DNA of 64,000 nucleotides, taken from positions 64,001-128,000 of IMG/VR virus record IMGVR_UViG_3300046779_001412; one strand, written 5' to 3'. A program made the position numbers and the translations under genes. The notes beneath the pieces were generated by a model. That model saw only the letters and a program-made list of their open reading frames with translations. It was not told where the DNA came from and made no database searches. Shown here in pieces: positions 47,511 to 57,886 of the stretch (position 1 is its first letter; every line of letters starts with the position of its first letter). This DNA is from a virus.

Positions 47511-49048
47511 ACTAGTGTACCAATTTGGATTTGTTTAACATTGGATGCGTCATGAGGCACAAGTTTATAAAATTGTTGCCTTTGAGTGTGATGTAGATTA
47601 TTCATAACTATTAAATCTTTAAGTTCCTGTAAACGGCTTGATTGCCTCCATACCGGCCATAGATATTTTATAGCTGCTTCATGCACTTCTAGTTTTCTTC
47701 TAATACGTTCAGTTATAGTAAGTTCAGGATTTTCGCGGCTCCACCAAAGATGAAAGCCAGGTTCGTTGTTATGATTAAGTAGAAATTCTATACCATGTGA
47801 TTCAATCATGCGTTCTACTGGAGCGCCAGGTAAGATTTCTAAACTTGCTCCAAGTTCAATTCCTATTATAGTCCCATCTGCAACATATCGTTGCCATCTT
47901 GGAAATATTGCAAGATTGTCATAGTGGTCTTGTAGAGTTTCTGTTAGATAGCCAGTGAACATCAAAGGCATGATGTGAATTTTATTGCGACTCAGTTCCG
48001 CAAGTTGATAATCAATGTCTTCATTGCTAAACTTTTTGCCCATCTCGGCTCGAAGTCTGTCACTACCGGTTTCAAGTCCTACATATAAAATATCAGCACC
48101 TGCTTGTCGCATTAGTTCAAAGTGATCTCGCGGTAGGGTTTTTATAGTGCGGAAAATAAACTGTCCTGACCATGATATAGGTTGATCAAAGTTGTAGTTG
48201 GCCAAAGTTTCACAAAAATCTGTAAACACTTTCAAACTGCCATTTACCAAGCTGTCCGTAAAATAAAATCGAGTGACTCCATGTTCATTGTAATTGTGTA
48301 TGATTTCATTTGCTACACTTTTACCACTTCGGTATCTATATTTTGGCCAGTATCTTTCTACATCGCAGTATGTACACTTTCGAACACAGCCTCGACTCCC
48401 TGTAATGTAAACTTCACGTTTGCCTGGTTTGAGATAATCATAAAGATCTAAATTGTAGTAACTGTAGTTTGGCCAAGGCAAACTATCTAGATCATCAAGC
48501 TGATTAATATCTGTATTGTTGATACCAGGAAAGGCTGTGCCATTAAAATATGCTTCTACTGCCATTTCACCTTCGCCAACGATAAAATCATCAATTAAGT
48601 CTTGATCTTTAAGTATAGTACCATAGCATCTGTGCGCATCTTCAAGTGTGGTAACACCCACTCCCATGCCACCTGCGAGGATTTTACCTTTGAAGAGTTT
48701 ACGACATTCCTGCAAAAATTTTTCTATAAAAAAGTAATTGGCTGTACCAAAAACGCTCACTAAAAGATAATCAAAGTTCAGTGCATGAATCTCAGCGCAC
48801 TGGTGCGCTATGAAGTCAGTGATAAATTCTAGCTGATCAACTGATGGCGCAGTTGTTTGATTCCAAACGCCATCAAATCCGTGGTAGTCAATATTGTGAG
48901 ATTTACAGGCATGAAAAAATTCAATGTTTAAATCAAACGCACTGACTTGATGTCCTAGATTCTCACACACTTGACATATTATAGCAGGACCTGTGGGAGG
49001 ACGATGGGGTTCTAATCGCGGAACATTAACTATTGCGGTTTTGATCAT
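47507..49048 (-). CDS. B12-binding radical SAM protein
   Basis: SRGCVRKCTYC, GLETGS. Confidence 0.87.
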   Translation of the reverse strand: MIKTAIVNVPRLEPHRPPTGPAIICQVCENLGHQVSAFDLNIEFFHACKSHNIDYHGFDGVWNQTTAPSVDQLEFITDFIAHQCAEIHALNFDYLLVSVFGTANYFFIEKFLQECRKLFKGKILAGGMGVGVTTLEDAHRCYGTILKDQDLIDDFIVGEGEMAVEAYFNGTAFPGINNTDINQLDDLDSLPWPNYSYYNLDLYDYLKPGKREVYITGSRGCVRKCTYCDVERYWPKYRYRSGKSVANEIIHNYNEHGVTRFYFTDSLVNGSLKVFTDFCETLANYNFDQPISWSGQFIFRTIKTLPRDHFELMRQAGADILYVGLETGSDRLRAEMGKKFSNEDIDYQLAELSRNKIHIMPLMFTGYLTETLQDHYDNLAIFPRWQRYVADGTIIGIELGASLEILPGAPVERMIESHGIEFLLNHNNEPGFHLWWSRENPELTITERIRRKLEVHEAAIKYLWPVWRQSSRLQELKDLIVMNNLHHTQRQQFYKLVPHDASNVKQIQIGTLV

Positions 49049-49628
49049 TGAACAGTTCTTTAATCTCTTGTATAATTTCTAGATCACGTTCATAGTGCCA
49101 CCGCGCAGCAAAGCCGCTAAAGTAAGCCAAAGAGGGATCATTTGGTACTTTATATTTAGACACTATCAACCAATCGTAAACAGGGCAGTTAAATTCTATG
49201 TTACTGTATCCATTAAAAGTCATAGACTGAAAACCGCAGACTTTGGTGTATTGATCAATAAAATTTTTAGGAGTAGTGTCCTGTTGGTACTGAGACCAAA
49301 TAGTATTGAACACCAGATCGTTACGCATTAGATCAATACTAACATCATTGAATCTAATGTCCCTTAAAACAATTTCACATGATTGACTTCCATCAGGTAG
49401 TGAATCATAGACACCGGTTTCACCAAATTGTTTGCCATAATGAATCAAACTCAACGTGTTGTTTTTTGTACATAAGGGTCTAATTTTTATGGTTTGTTCG
49501 TCAACCACTTCACTATCATAATAGACTTTATCATTGACAATTAGTTTAAATTTAGGCCAATGATTAAAAAATTTGCCTATGACATCAAGTTCAATCTCAA
49601 CATAATCAGAATCTTGCACATCAAACAT
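49026..49628 (-). CDS. hypothetical protein
   Basis: Operon ORF. Confidence 0.65.
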   Translation of the reverse strand: MFDVQDSDYVEIELDVIGKFFNHWPKFKLIVNDKVYYDSEVVDEQTIKIRPLCTKNNTLSLIHYGKQFGETGVYDSLPDGSQSCEIVLRDIRFNDVSIDLMRNDLVFNTIWSQYQQDTTPKNFIDQYTKVCGFQSMTFNGYSNIEFNCPVYDWLIVSKYKVPNDPSLAYFSGFAARWHYERDLEIIQEIKELFNDQNRNS

Positions 49629-49860
49629 CTTCGCCCATCATCCAACGATCAACCATGGTTTCGGCTTCTTGTTTGGTCATTGCTACCACTTTAAACCAAG
49701 CTCGTTTATGATTGGCCTTGATATCAAAAGGTACTCTGCCTCTAAACTCAAGAGGTTCATCTAGTTGTCTACTTATCTCAAAGGTTTTAAGTTGCCTAGC
49801 ACGCTCTATTAATGCCGCGGCCTGAGCACGAGAATTATCATTGGGTAAAGTATCTTGCAT
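49621..49860 (-). CDS. hypothetical protein
   Basis: ATG after GGAG. Confidence 0.6.
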   Translation of the reverse strand: MQDTLPNDNSRAQAAALIERARQLKTFEISRQLDEPLEFRGRVPFDIKANHKRAWFKVVAMTKQEAETMVDRWMMGEDV

Positions 49861-50533
49861 AAGTTTCTCTCCATAGTATGGCTGCTGCTTGATGTGCATC
49901 TTCTAATGGATGCAGACCAGGATTTGATACTGCATATCCACGCATGCGACTCCAATCTAGAAAATTATGTCCTTCCCAGGTTGATAAATTTGGCTCTATG
50001 AGTAATTGCATCTCTTGCACGTAGTCTGGAGCATGAATCACTGTGTCCAGCATGTCTGGGTCCATGAAGGTTTGTACACAGGGAATACCATGATGTCTAA
50101 GGTACTGTTGTGCCACCATAATGGTCTGCAGACTTCTTACCTTATTCCACAACAAACTGGCGCAGCCGTAGTCTTTGGCAAAATCCACAACACGCTGACT
50201 CTGAGATCTATCTAACAGTGCAAAATATCGATGCGGCACACTCATAGGTCCTAGAGTGGCCCATTGTTCTTTGCCTTGGCCAAAGTAGAAGTCCCAACGA
50301 TGTGCCCAAGTCCAGTTTATCACTGCTAAAACATCGTCATGACTATGATTAGCAAAGTATGATAAAATTTGCCTAGTTATAGATTCATTTCCACAACCAG
50401 GTTCAGCGCAGGTTTTGTAATCTACGCCTAAACTTCTAGCTACTATAGCCGGCCATGCTTGTGAACCGTCATAGTTGTTGGTTAATTCAACACCATAGAT
50501 AAAGCTATCACCAAATGAAACTATTTTCTTCAT
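49838..50533 (-). CDS. SGNH-like hypothetical protein
   Basis: FGDSF, GCGNESI, LHP. Confidence 0.65.
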   Translation of the reverse strand: MKKIVSFGDSFIYGVELTNNYDGSQAWPAIVARSLGVDYKTCAEPGCGNESITRQILSYFANHSHDDVLAVINWTWAHRWDFYFGQGKEQWATLGPMSVPHRYFALLDRSQSQRVVDFAKDYGCASLLWNKVRSLQTIMVAQQYLRHHGIPCVQTFMDPDMLDTVIHAPDYVQEMQLLIEPNLSTWEGHNFLDWSRMRGYAVSNPGLHPLEDAHQAAAILWRETYARYFTQ

Positions 50534-50898
50534 TATGGTCTAACATACTTGGCAAGATCAGGAGGAGTCCATCCTTCAGGTTTGAGAACTTTACCATCTT
50601 CTCTTTTACAAACCTTGCCTGTGTCTTTGTCAATCTTGGCAAGATTACTGTTCAATACTTCACGCCATGCACCGTCAGCATCAACTCCTAGGCTATGAAT
50701 AGCGCCTATAGTAACCACTATGAGATCAATAAGAGCGTCTAATGTTTCAACTTTGTCTTGTTTGATTATAGCGTCAGCTAGCTCGCCACCTTCCTCTTGC
50801 ATGAGATTCAAATACATATTAAGTTGATCTTGGTTAAACTTGCCTACGGTTTGATCGCAGGATAACATAAATGCCATTTGATCTAGAAATACGCTCAT
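50533..50898 (-). CDS. MazG-like nucleotide pyrophosphohydrolase
   Basis: EE..EL, DALID, SNLAK, REDGKVLKP. Confidence 0.85.
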   Translation of the reverse strand: MSVFLDQMAFMLSCDQTVGKFNQDQLNMYLNLMQEEGGELADAIIKQDKVETLDALIDLIVVTIGAIHSLGVDADGAWREVLNSNLAKIDKDTGKVCKREDGKVLKPEGWTPPDLAKYVRP

Positions 50899-50908
50899 TG
50901 TTTTTCCT

Positions 50909-51736
50909 TTATCTTGGTGCAAATTCTTGTTGAAGTTTGATATTGTCCATGAACTCTTTTTTGACGCTGGGATCGTCTTTAAAGGCTCCGGTCAACACCG
51001 TGGTTTGTGTTAGACTGCTGTGTGCCATGATACCGCGATTTTCACAGCAACCATGTGTGGCCTGTATGTACACGCCTACATTTTTACTGCCAGTGGCTTT
51101 GCTTATCTCTCTGGCAATGTCATTGCACAGCTCTTCTTGTAGTGTACCGCGACGAGCACACCACTGAGCGATGCGAGTATACTTGCTCAAACCAATGAGC
51201 TTTTCGGCAGCAATGATTCCGATGTAAGCAACGCCAGACACAGGCTGATGATGATGACTACACATACTACGAAGCTCACTGCGAACCACAAGCATGCCTT
51301 CATATCTATCTTCGGAATCGTTTGGGAACGCTGTGGCATCTGGTGCTGGTTCATATCTACCTGCCATTATTTCGTTAAAGTACATTTTAGCAAGACGTTG
51401 AGCTGTGCCCCGGCTGTTGGGATCGTTTTCGCGATCAATCAGCAGTCGATCAAGCACCAGTTCAAAAGCTTCTGTGGCTTCCTTGATCAAGTGTTCTTGA
51501 TCCGATGGCGCAATATAATCGCTGATGTTGTCGCCAGCCCAGAAACGTTTACCATCGCGTTTCATTCTAGCACGTATTGCATCTGCTAGATATGATTCTT
51601 TGTTGGTTGTTATCTCGCCAGCTTTGACGTAGACTTTTTGTGGCAAAGGTACATATAAAGATTCAAGATCCACGGGTACAAATTCTTGGTCTTGTGTTAC
51701 ATTTAATACAGGATCAGGGTTGAATTCAGTTGACAA
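50909..51736 (-). CDS. folE: GTP cyclohydrolase I
   Basis: SMCSHH, GLSK..R, LQE, HGC..RG. Confidence 0.93.
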   Translation of the reverse strand: MSTEFNPDPVLNVTQDQEFVPVDLESLYVPLPQKVYVKAGEITTNKESYLADAIRARMKRDGKRFWAGDNISDYIAPSDQEHLIKEATEAFELVLDRLLIDRENDPNSRGTAQRLAKMYFNEIMAGRYEPAPDATAFPNDSEDRYEGMLVVRSELRSMCSHHHQPVSGVAYIGIIAAEKLIGLSKYTRIAQWCARRGTLQEELCNDIAREISKATGSKNVGVYIQATHGCCENRGIMAHSSLTQTTVLTGAFKDDPSVKKEFMDNIKLQQEFAPR

Positions 51737-51799
51737 TATTATTCTCCGAGTTTGAGTCGAGGATGACTAGGGTTAGTATAAAGGATATTTAGGTCGTGG

Positions 51800-52315
51800 T
51801 CAAGATGATTTGACATTTGTTATGCCAGTAATTTGTAATGTGTATCTATCTTGCTGCCCTAGATTAGCAGCAAGATGCGGAGTCGTGCCTTGCCATGATA
51901 CCCAGTCACCACACTGCCAGGCACTCACTGACTCTGTGCCTATTTGCAACACCTGGCCAAAACACCAATCTTCAGGAAACAAGATCACTCTTGTAATTAA
52001 TGCGAGATCTTCAACACCACGTCGCTGGGCATAGGTCTTATACGCATCATGATGCCAAGGTAGAAGTCTACCTGGACGCATGCGATGCATAGCATAGACC
52101 TTGTCACTTAAATGATCAAAATTCTGTTCTAGATAATCAGTTACAACACTGGGTATGTCTCTAGCAATTGCAAGTTCCACCAGTCCGTTATATCTTTCAC
52201 GATCTATTTCATAGATTGGCACAAAACCAGTATAGGGCTCTGGGTGTGTTACAAAGTCGCAGTCAAGATACCATTTTTCAAACTGCGCTAGATTGATGTG
52301 CCCATGCTGATTCAT
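51800..52315 (-). CDS. 2OG-Fe(II)/cupin-like protein
   Basis: PWHHD, PHLAAN, RYTLQIT. Confidence 0.6.
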   Translation of the reverse strand: MNQHGHINLAQFEKWYLDCDFVTHPEPYTGFVPIYEIDRERYNGLVELAIARDIPSVVTDYLEQNFDHLSDKVYAMHRMRPGRLLPWHHDAYKTYAQRRGVEDLALITRVILFPEDWCFGQVLQIGTESVSAWQCGDWVSWQGTTPHLAANLGQQDRYTLQITGITNVKSS

Positions 52316-53232
52316 TTATCTAGTTTTCTACGCCAAATATCTATAGTCCTGGCTAATCCTATGTCAAGATCTATCTGCGGCTCCCAACCAAGATCACGAC
52401 TAATAGCAGTTGTTCCACTGTTTAACCAGTAGATCTCACCCGGACGTTTTGGCTTAGTGTTCCATTGTATGTTACCATTCCATCCAATCATAGCGGCTAT
52501 CTTGTTAGCATAATCACTAATCTTGATTGGATTGTCAGGACCCACTGTGTAGATTTTGCCTTGGTTACATTGATTTGGATTTTCAATCACTCTTATCCAG
52601 GCTTCTAATAAGTCATCAATCCAAATGAAATTTCTAAATGGTTCAGCATAGCCAAGATTTACCACATCAGAGTTTAGAATCATCTGTGTGATAATTTGTT
52701 CGGTAACAAAAAAGTCATTGTCCGTGCGTCCATAACTATTGGTTTGTCTAATAGCAGTAAACGGCAAGTTCAATGCTCGATGAGCGTATTCAAGATATTT
52801 TTCCACTGCGAGTTTAGCTACTGCATAAGGAGCATTGGGATTGGGAGGCGTATGCTCGTCAAAGGCCAGGCTCTGCCTAGGTGTACCATGATCGCGTATC
52901 TCGTCACTGATTGGTTGCCAGCCATAGACTTCCATGGTACTAGCAAACACAAAGTTCTTTAGATTAGGCAATCTGCAGGCAGCATCAATTAGATTAACGC
53001 TGCCCACATAGTTTATTTCGCTAAATGTGACTTGTTCGTAGAAACTTTTTTCAACTTCAGTTCTAGCCGCTAGATGTACAATTACGTCCGGATCGGCATT
53101 CATGAGCTCGGTTACTACATCTGCATGATGCCTAAGATCACTCTTGAGTTCAATGATTTCATGATTCAACTGCAATCGAGGAACAAGATGCTGGCCTATA
53201 AAACCAGTGCTGCCAGTAATGAATATTTTCAT
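52312..53232 (-). CDS. NAD-dependent epimerase/dehydratase
   Basis: TGSTGFIG, HLAA, YAVAK. Confidence 0.92.
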   Translation of the reverse strand: MKIFITGSTGFIGQHLVPRLQLNHEIIELKSDLRHHADVVTELMNADPDVIVHLAARTEVEKSFYEQVTFSEINYVGSVNLIDAACRLPNLKNFVFASTMEVYGWQPISDEIRDHGTPRQSLAFDEHTPPNPNAPYAVAKLAVEKYLEYAHRALNLPFTAIRQTNSYGRTDNDFFVTEQIITQMILNSDVVNLGYAEPFRNFIWIDDLLEAWIRVIENPNQCNQGKIYTVGPDNPIKISDYANKIAAMIGWNGNIQWNTKPKRPGEIYWLNSGTTAISRDLGWEPQIDLDIGLARTIDIWRRKLDK

Positions 53233-53271
53233 AAGGGGATTAGTGTGTAGATAAAATATTTAGCTAGATAT

Positions 53272-54474
53272 CTACTCACTGATTTTTCTCACATGATATT
53301 TGGCAGTGCCCACGTGATCGCGATAACGGTTACCAGATCGATTCCACTGTTCTCCATGTCCCAGTATGATGTCAACTACACGATCCACAGTACCATCATT
53401 CCAATCTGAAATCAAGCCCATGTTGTGATGCGGTTCTAGCAACAAGGCGTCCAATTTGTGAAAAGCATCATCAATGCTCCAAGGCACATACAAACGATTA
53501 GGATCATTGGCAAAGGTTTCTGGGAAACTACGATACGCAGGATACAGCACATTACAGCCCAGGGTATCAGCTTCACTTACAGTGTTTGAAACCCAATCTT
53601 GTAGTGCGCAATTAAACAGCACGCGAGTATCATTAAGCAGATGGTAATAATCATTTTTCTGCAGGTTTTCGTATATAGTTAACCGTCCCTGTGCTTCTAG
53701 GTGTCTAGCTCTTGTTATATATTCTTGGTTGTTGGAGCGTAATGGGCCGCCGGAGAACACGCAGAACTCCACTGGATACCAAGCCTTATCATGCCACATA
53801 TCAATCAAGTCCATGAAAAATCCTGGCTGCTTTTCTTGGTCAAATCGTGCAGCAAATCCTACTCTCATGGGACGTTGGTTGAATGGTGTGATGTTGTCAG
53901 CGCCACCAATGCGTTCAAGCACTTCCTCTTTGCCAAACGCTAGGCCAGAAATATTATAGATAGGAGCACGCCATCCAGCAATACGCATATGAGCAACCAT
54001 TTCCTCATTAGTGGCGAGAACCCCGGTGGCGAACTCATTGACCATGTGTTCATAGAGAGCCATCCATTTCTGTAGACCCCATACATGAACAAAATCATCA
54101 GGATCAATGGACTGAGCAAGACACCTAACAAAAACACGGGGCCGCTGATCATGAGGCACCTGATCAAATATGTAAGGTAGGCTCTCGATACCGGGTTGAA
54201 ACATGTCCTCAAAGTAGATAACATCATCATGCCTAATCTCTCCGTTTTTATGCATTTGCACTAGATTCATCATTTGGCTCATGCCAAAATAACTTCTACC
54301 ATGTGCATCAAGAACCTGCCCCACAGATATGGACTGTGAGTTGTCAATGGCAGTACCTGGAACATAAACTACATCTAGCCCACGACGTTCAAACACACGA
54401 CGATTCCATTCGGTTAGTTGTAGAGTGTAACGAGCTTGATAACTTTCAAGCCCCATGTAGTAGAGTTTTCTCAT
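53272..54474 (-). CDS. GT-B fold glycosyltransferase-like protein
   Basis: ARFDQEKQP, C-terminal SEA..GC..P..SFPE. Confidence 0.7.
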   Translation of the reverse strand: MRKLYYMGLESYQARYTLQLTEWNRRVFERRGLDVVYVPGTAIDNSQSISVGQVLDAHGRSYFGMSQMMNLVQMHKNGEIRHDDVIYFEDMFQPGIESLPYIFDQVPHDQRPRVFVRCLAQSIDPDDFVHVWGLQKWMALYEHMVNEFATGVLATNEEMVAHMRIAGWRAPIYNISGLAFGKEEVLERIGGADNITPFNQRPMRVGFAARFDQEKQPGFFMDLIDMWHDKAWYPVEFCVFSGGPLRSNNQEYITRARHLEAQGRLTIYENLQKNDYYHLLNDTRVLFNCALQDWVSNTVSEADTLGCNVLYPAYRSFPETFANDPNRLYVPWSIDDAFHKLDALLLEPHHNMGLISDWNDGTVDRVVDIILGHGEQWNRSGNRYRDHVGTAKYHVRKISE

Positions 54475-54692
54475 TACGGTCTCCCGGGTCTACGTTGGTC
54501 TTGGAACCACATGTCTTTCACTGGTTTGCCTTGGGAGAACTTCATGAACTGTTGATAAGCATAGCTTTTCCAGTTGTAAAGTTCTGCTTCGTTGTAACGA
54601 TAGCCAAACTCTTGACAAAATTCAAGATAGCGTTCGAGGTCATCAAACACTTGTGTAACACGAGGGTTTGGCTTAATTACAGGCTTGCCCAT
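54474..54692 (-). CDS. hypothetical protein
   Basis: AGGAG RBS. Confidence 0.7.
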   Translation of the reverse strand: MGKPVIKPNPRVTQVFDDLERYLEFCQEFGYRYNEAELYNWKSYAYQQFMKFSQGKPVKDMWFQDQRRPGRP

Positions 54693-54702
54693 TTCAATCT
54701 CC

Positions 54703-54894
54703 TTATTGGTCTAGTGGCTTTGAATTATATTCGCGAATTAGATCAAGAACTTCAGATTCAGTATTGCAAATAACTTTACTAGTGGCCCACTCACTTTCTT
54801 CATTGCGGCCACCAATTTCTACCATCCAACCGTTGTCGTAACGATTGATAGTAATTGATTCGTTTACTTTACTAAGTTTATTTAGATCTGGCAT
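54703..54894 (-). CDS. hypothetical protein
   Basis: AGGAG RBS. Confidence 0.65.
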   Translation of the reverse strand: MPDLNKLSKVNESITINRYDNGWMVEIGGRNEESEWATSKVICNTESEVLDLIREYNSKPLDQ

Positions 54895-54912
54895 AACATC
54901 TCCTTTTAAATT

Positions 54913-55839
54913 TTACGCAGCATCAGGGTCGTGTGCAATACCACGCCACTGTTTGATTTTTATTTCTTCTATGTCGGGAGTATCGTCGCCCCAAACTGGA
55001 ACCCATCGTGTGCCAGTCCAACGTGCTGTGGTTGCACTGTAGCTTGGCCACTCGTTCTTTTTGCCTGTGTTGATTTCATAAATGCCTTCCCGCACCGGAT
55101 TGACTTTTTTGGAAAACCAGTCAGTCATTTCATAAGTGCAATCATCTGAATCACGATATCGTTCCCACTTACCGTCCTTGTATGTTCCTGCTACATAGAA
55201 TCCAAATTCTGAACTCTTGCCAGTGGTATCGCCGCCATAGTTATCAATGTCAACACCATCGTAACTTACACCGCAGACAACTTCACTGCCATCTACATCT
55301 TCAACATGGAAGGCTAGTTTGTTAATATCAAATGGAGCAGTGAGTTCAATCTCGCCTTCAAAGAATGTTCCCTTTTCGTTGCTGTTGCCAATGAATATTA
55401 TAGTGCCTGGAGACTTGTCATCAATAAACACTGCATCTGTGTAATCAAACTCTGGACAGTCCTCGTCTTGGAAAGAGTCAAGCCCACATTGAAATACTTC
55501 AACGCCGTTTTCATCACCAATCCATACAGTGCCACTCTGTAGTACAACTCCATTGCTATGTACCATGTCATCACACTCATACCATGATCCAGGAGGGAAT
55601 GGCCACATGTCTTCGGGTATGTTGTGTTCCGCAGCATAGTCACTGTCCCAGGCAAAGTCACTAACAGATATTCTACGACTGCGAAAGTAATCATAAATTT
55701 CACGATTCACTGTGCCCATAACAGACTCGCCTCCATATCCCCATAAGGATATTTTATAGGTACATGGAGTAAATTTCAAAGTTTCAATGAGTTTTTCTTG
55801 CTCGGCAATAACTTCAGCAGACTTTTTTGTTCGGGGCAT
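54913..55839 (-). CDS. acidic hypothetical protein
   Basis: AGGAG RBS, 308 aa ORF. Confidence 0.7.
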   Translation of the reverse strand: MPRTKKSAEVIAEQEKLIETLKFTPCTYKISLWGYGGESVMGTVNREIYDYFRSRRISVSDFAWDSDYAAEHNIPEDMWPFPPGSWYECDDMVHSNGVVLQSGTVWIGDENGVEVFQCGLDSFQDEDCPEFDYTDAVFIDDKSPGTIIFIGNSNEKGTFFEGEIELTAPFDINKLAFHVEDVDGSEVVCGVSYDGVDIDNYGGDTTGKSSEFGFYVAGTYKDGKWERYRDSDDCTYEMTDWFSKKVNPVREGIYEINTGKKNEWPSYSATTARWTGTRWVPVWGDDTPDIEEIKIKQWRGIAHDPDAA

Positions 55840-55848
55840 GAGAGCTCC

Positions 55849-56331
55849 TTAGATTTTGATTGATTGATAAGGTTTATGGATAGGGTATTCAATTACACAA
55901 CCATTTTCACCATCTTCGCTTACTTCAATAATAATACTGCGATTTGGGTAGCGTTTGGCAATTTCTTGATACAAATCGTCTGCGATCATCTCGCAACTTT
56001 TGTAGTCAAGACTTAGAACGGTATCTTGATTAGAATACAGCCCTTGAAGCCAGCGTTTGAATTGGATGAACTCGATGTCCCGGTTATTGTGGAACACATC
56101 GATTGACACCCTAAAATGGAATATGTGACGGTGAGGATAACCAAGAAACGATACATCATATTCATCATTGGTTGCAAGTTTAGGATCCTCCAGTGCTGCA
56201 GGATATTTATGGATCCCTTCTCGTTGAAAAGATACCCAAATCTGTCTTTTGGCTTCCTGTAGTATCCTAGTACGTGTTTCTGCAGCCACTTGAAGTTGTG
56301 AGTGAGTGATATCAATAGACTGATTTGTCAT
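55849..56331 (-). CDS. second T-fold (QueD-like) protein
   Basis: H..HRHIF..IEF..SCE..VSED pattern parallels QueD. Confidence 0.6.
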   Translation of the reverse strand: MTNQSIDITHSQLQVAAETRTRILQEAKRQIWVSFQREGIHKYPAALEDPKLATNDEYDVSFLGYPHRHIFHFRVSIDVFHNNRDIEFIQFKRWLQGLYSNQDTVLSLDYKSCEMIADDLYQEIAKRYPNRSIIIEVSEDGENGCVIEYPIHKPYQSIKI

Positions 56332-56780
56332 GAGCGTATTTGTCCTTTGTAGGGTATATCAGACTTTACTACTATATTTGTATTAAGAAAATCAACTATG
56401 TCAACTCTAAAAGGAGCATTGATCCATATCTGTGTTTCAACTAGTGTCCAGCTGCGTTGCATAGTAATTATACGCTGAACACCTCCCTTGGCTATATCTT
56501 TTTGGATACGATGTTGTGCTTTTTCATTCCAATCTGGACCTTCCCATTGAAAACCGCTTGAAATTTGGTGCTGTACATCATACCCCAAGGCAGCATCGCA
56601 CTGTATAAATTTGGTATATCTGGCAAGATCTGTATCGTCAGACAGGAATGCTTGGCCCCACATAAACCATTGATCAATACGCACAGTTTGATCTCGGCTG
56701 GCTCGACTCAAGACATTATGTAGCTTTACCGATCTATCAGCTAGGCTAGTCACACGATACAGCGTTTTTGTGTCAGACAT
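56328..56780 (-). CDS. hypothetical protein
   Basis: Operon ORF. Confidence 0.6.
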   Translation of the reverse strand: MSDTKTLYRVTSLADRSVKLHNVLSRASRDQTVRIDQWFMWGQAFLSDDTDLARYTKFIQCDAALGYDVQHQISSGFQWEGPDWNEKAQHRIQKDIAKGGVQRIITMQRSWTLVETQIWINAPFRVDIVDFLNTNIVVKSDIPYKGQIRS

Positions 56781-57097
56781 CAGTATTGTCTCATACTTTC
56801 CATTGTGATAATCTTGGCAAGTTCTGTGTTGAAATCTTGCTCTGATGTGATTATATAGGTCTTGTTTTCGCTGCGATCTAATTTTCTATCATAGCTTTTG
56901 AATGTCACAAGTGATCCACCTATGACTTTTTTGAGATTGATACGCAGGCCATCACTAAGATCGTGTGGATCATCATCGCCACGTATTACATTAGATGCTA
57001 TCGCATCTGTTGGATATACACCCTCTAAGCCAATTAAATGTTTGTTTTCCCAAGCCCATTTACTTTTGCGGATAAACCACTGATCAAACCATTTCAT
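56780..57097 (-). CDS. hypothetical protein
   Basis: Operon ORF. Confidence 0.65.
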   Translation of the reverse strand: MKWFDQWFIRKSKWAWENKHLIGLEGVYPTDAIASNVIRGDDDPHDLSDGLRINLKKVIGGSLVTFKSYDRKLDRSENKTYIITSEQDFNTELAKIITMESMRQY

Positions 57098-57630
57098 TAT
57101 ATCACCTTGTCGTTGGAGTATTGACCCCAGTCAGTAAACTGCTGAGGATTCATGATGTTGTGCAATCTATGTACCCATACTCCTGGATTTGTATCTGCAA
57201 AATCCTTGTCGTCAATTTTTAAACAAGTGTTGTAGTTCCAGAGTTGGATGTAAGGCACAGGCACTTTAATTATAGGTATAAACTGATGGCTTTCGCACAA
57301 GCCACCTTCATTGAAGTTAGCAGCATACTTAAAAGGAATGTCAAGACTACACCAGTATCCACGCATTAAAAAAGTGTGTATGACATTTTCCCAGCCCACA
57401 ATATCATTGCTAGTTAGTGGATGATAGCTGTCATTGGCGCCAAAGAAAATATGTCTTACATGCTTTGAACTATCTACATAGGAATTTTGTGTGTTGAGCA
57501 CATCTTCTATGTCTTGGATAGTTTGATATCCTATTACAAACAATGTTTTCATTCCATGTGCAGGCGTGTGTTCTACTTCGTTGCCAAAAAAGAACTGTGC
57601 TGTGGAATGCCCTGGTCTATTCATGGTCAT
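57097..57630 (-). CDS. hypothetical protein next to TGT-like gene
   Basis: Operon ORF; KIDD.DF..TNPGVW. Confidence 0.7.
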   Translation of the reverse strand: MTMNRPGHSTAQFFFGNEVEHTPAHGMKTLFVIGYQTIQDIEDVLNTQNSYVDSSKHVRHIFFGANDSYHPLTSNDIVGWENVIHTFLMRGYWCSLDIPFKYAANFNEGGLCESHQFIPIIKVPVPYIQLWNYNTCLKIDDKDFADTNPGVWVHRLHNIMNPQQFTDWGQYSNDKVI

Positions 57631-57826
57631 CGTAATTTACTCTTTCGTGGTCGTGTTCAAATTGCCGACGACGCAGGTCTCTCAATTGGTCGCGTACCAA
57701 AAGTCTGCGTTTTTTTAAATCTTGTAAACGCATGTCTTCAAATATACCAGTTTTTTCCATGGTATCAATGTGTTTGTCTAGGTCGCGATGTTCTGTTTCT
57801 AATTGACGAATTTTATCTTGATACAT
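57617..57826 (-). CDS. DUF465/YdcH-like small coiled-coil protein
   Basis: EHRDLD..I..LKKRRL..RD. Confidence 0.7.
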   Translation of the reverse strand: MYQDKIRQLETEHRDLDKHIDTMEKTGIFEDMRLQDLKKRRLLVRDQLRDLRRRQFEHDHERVNYDDHE

Positions 57827-57886
57827 GCAGTTTCCTGTCACAAGTAGTTCTTGCAATTTTACAACAGACCAGATATACTGTCAAGC

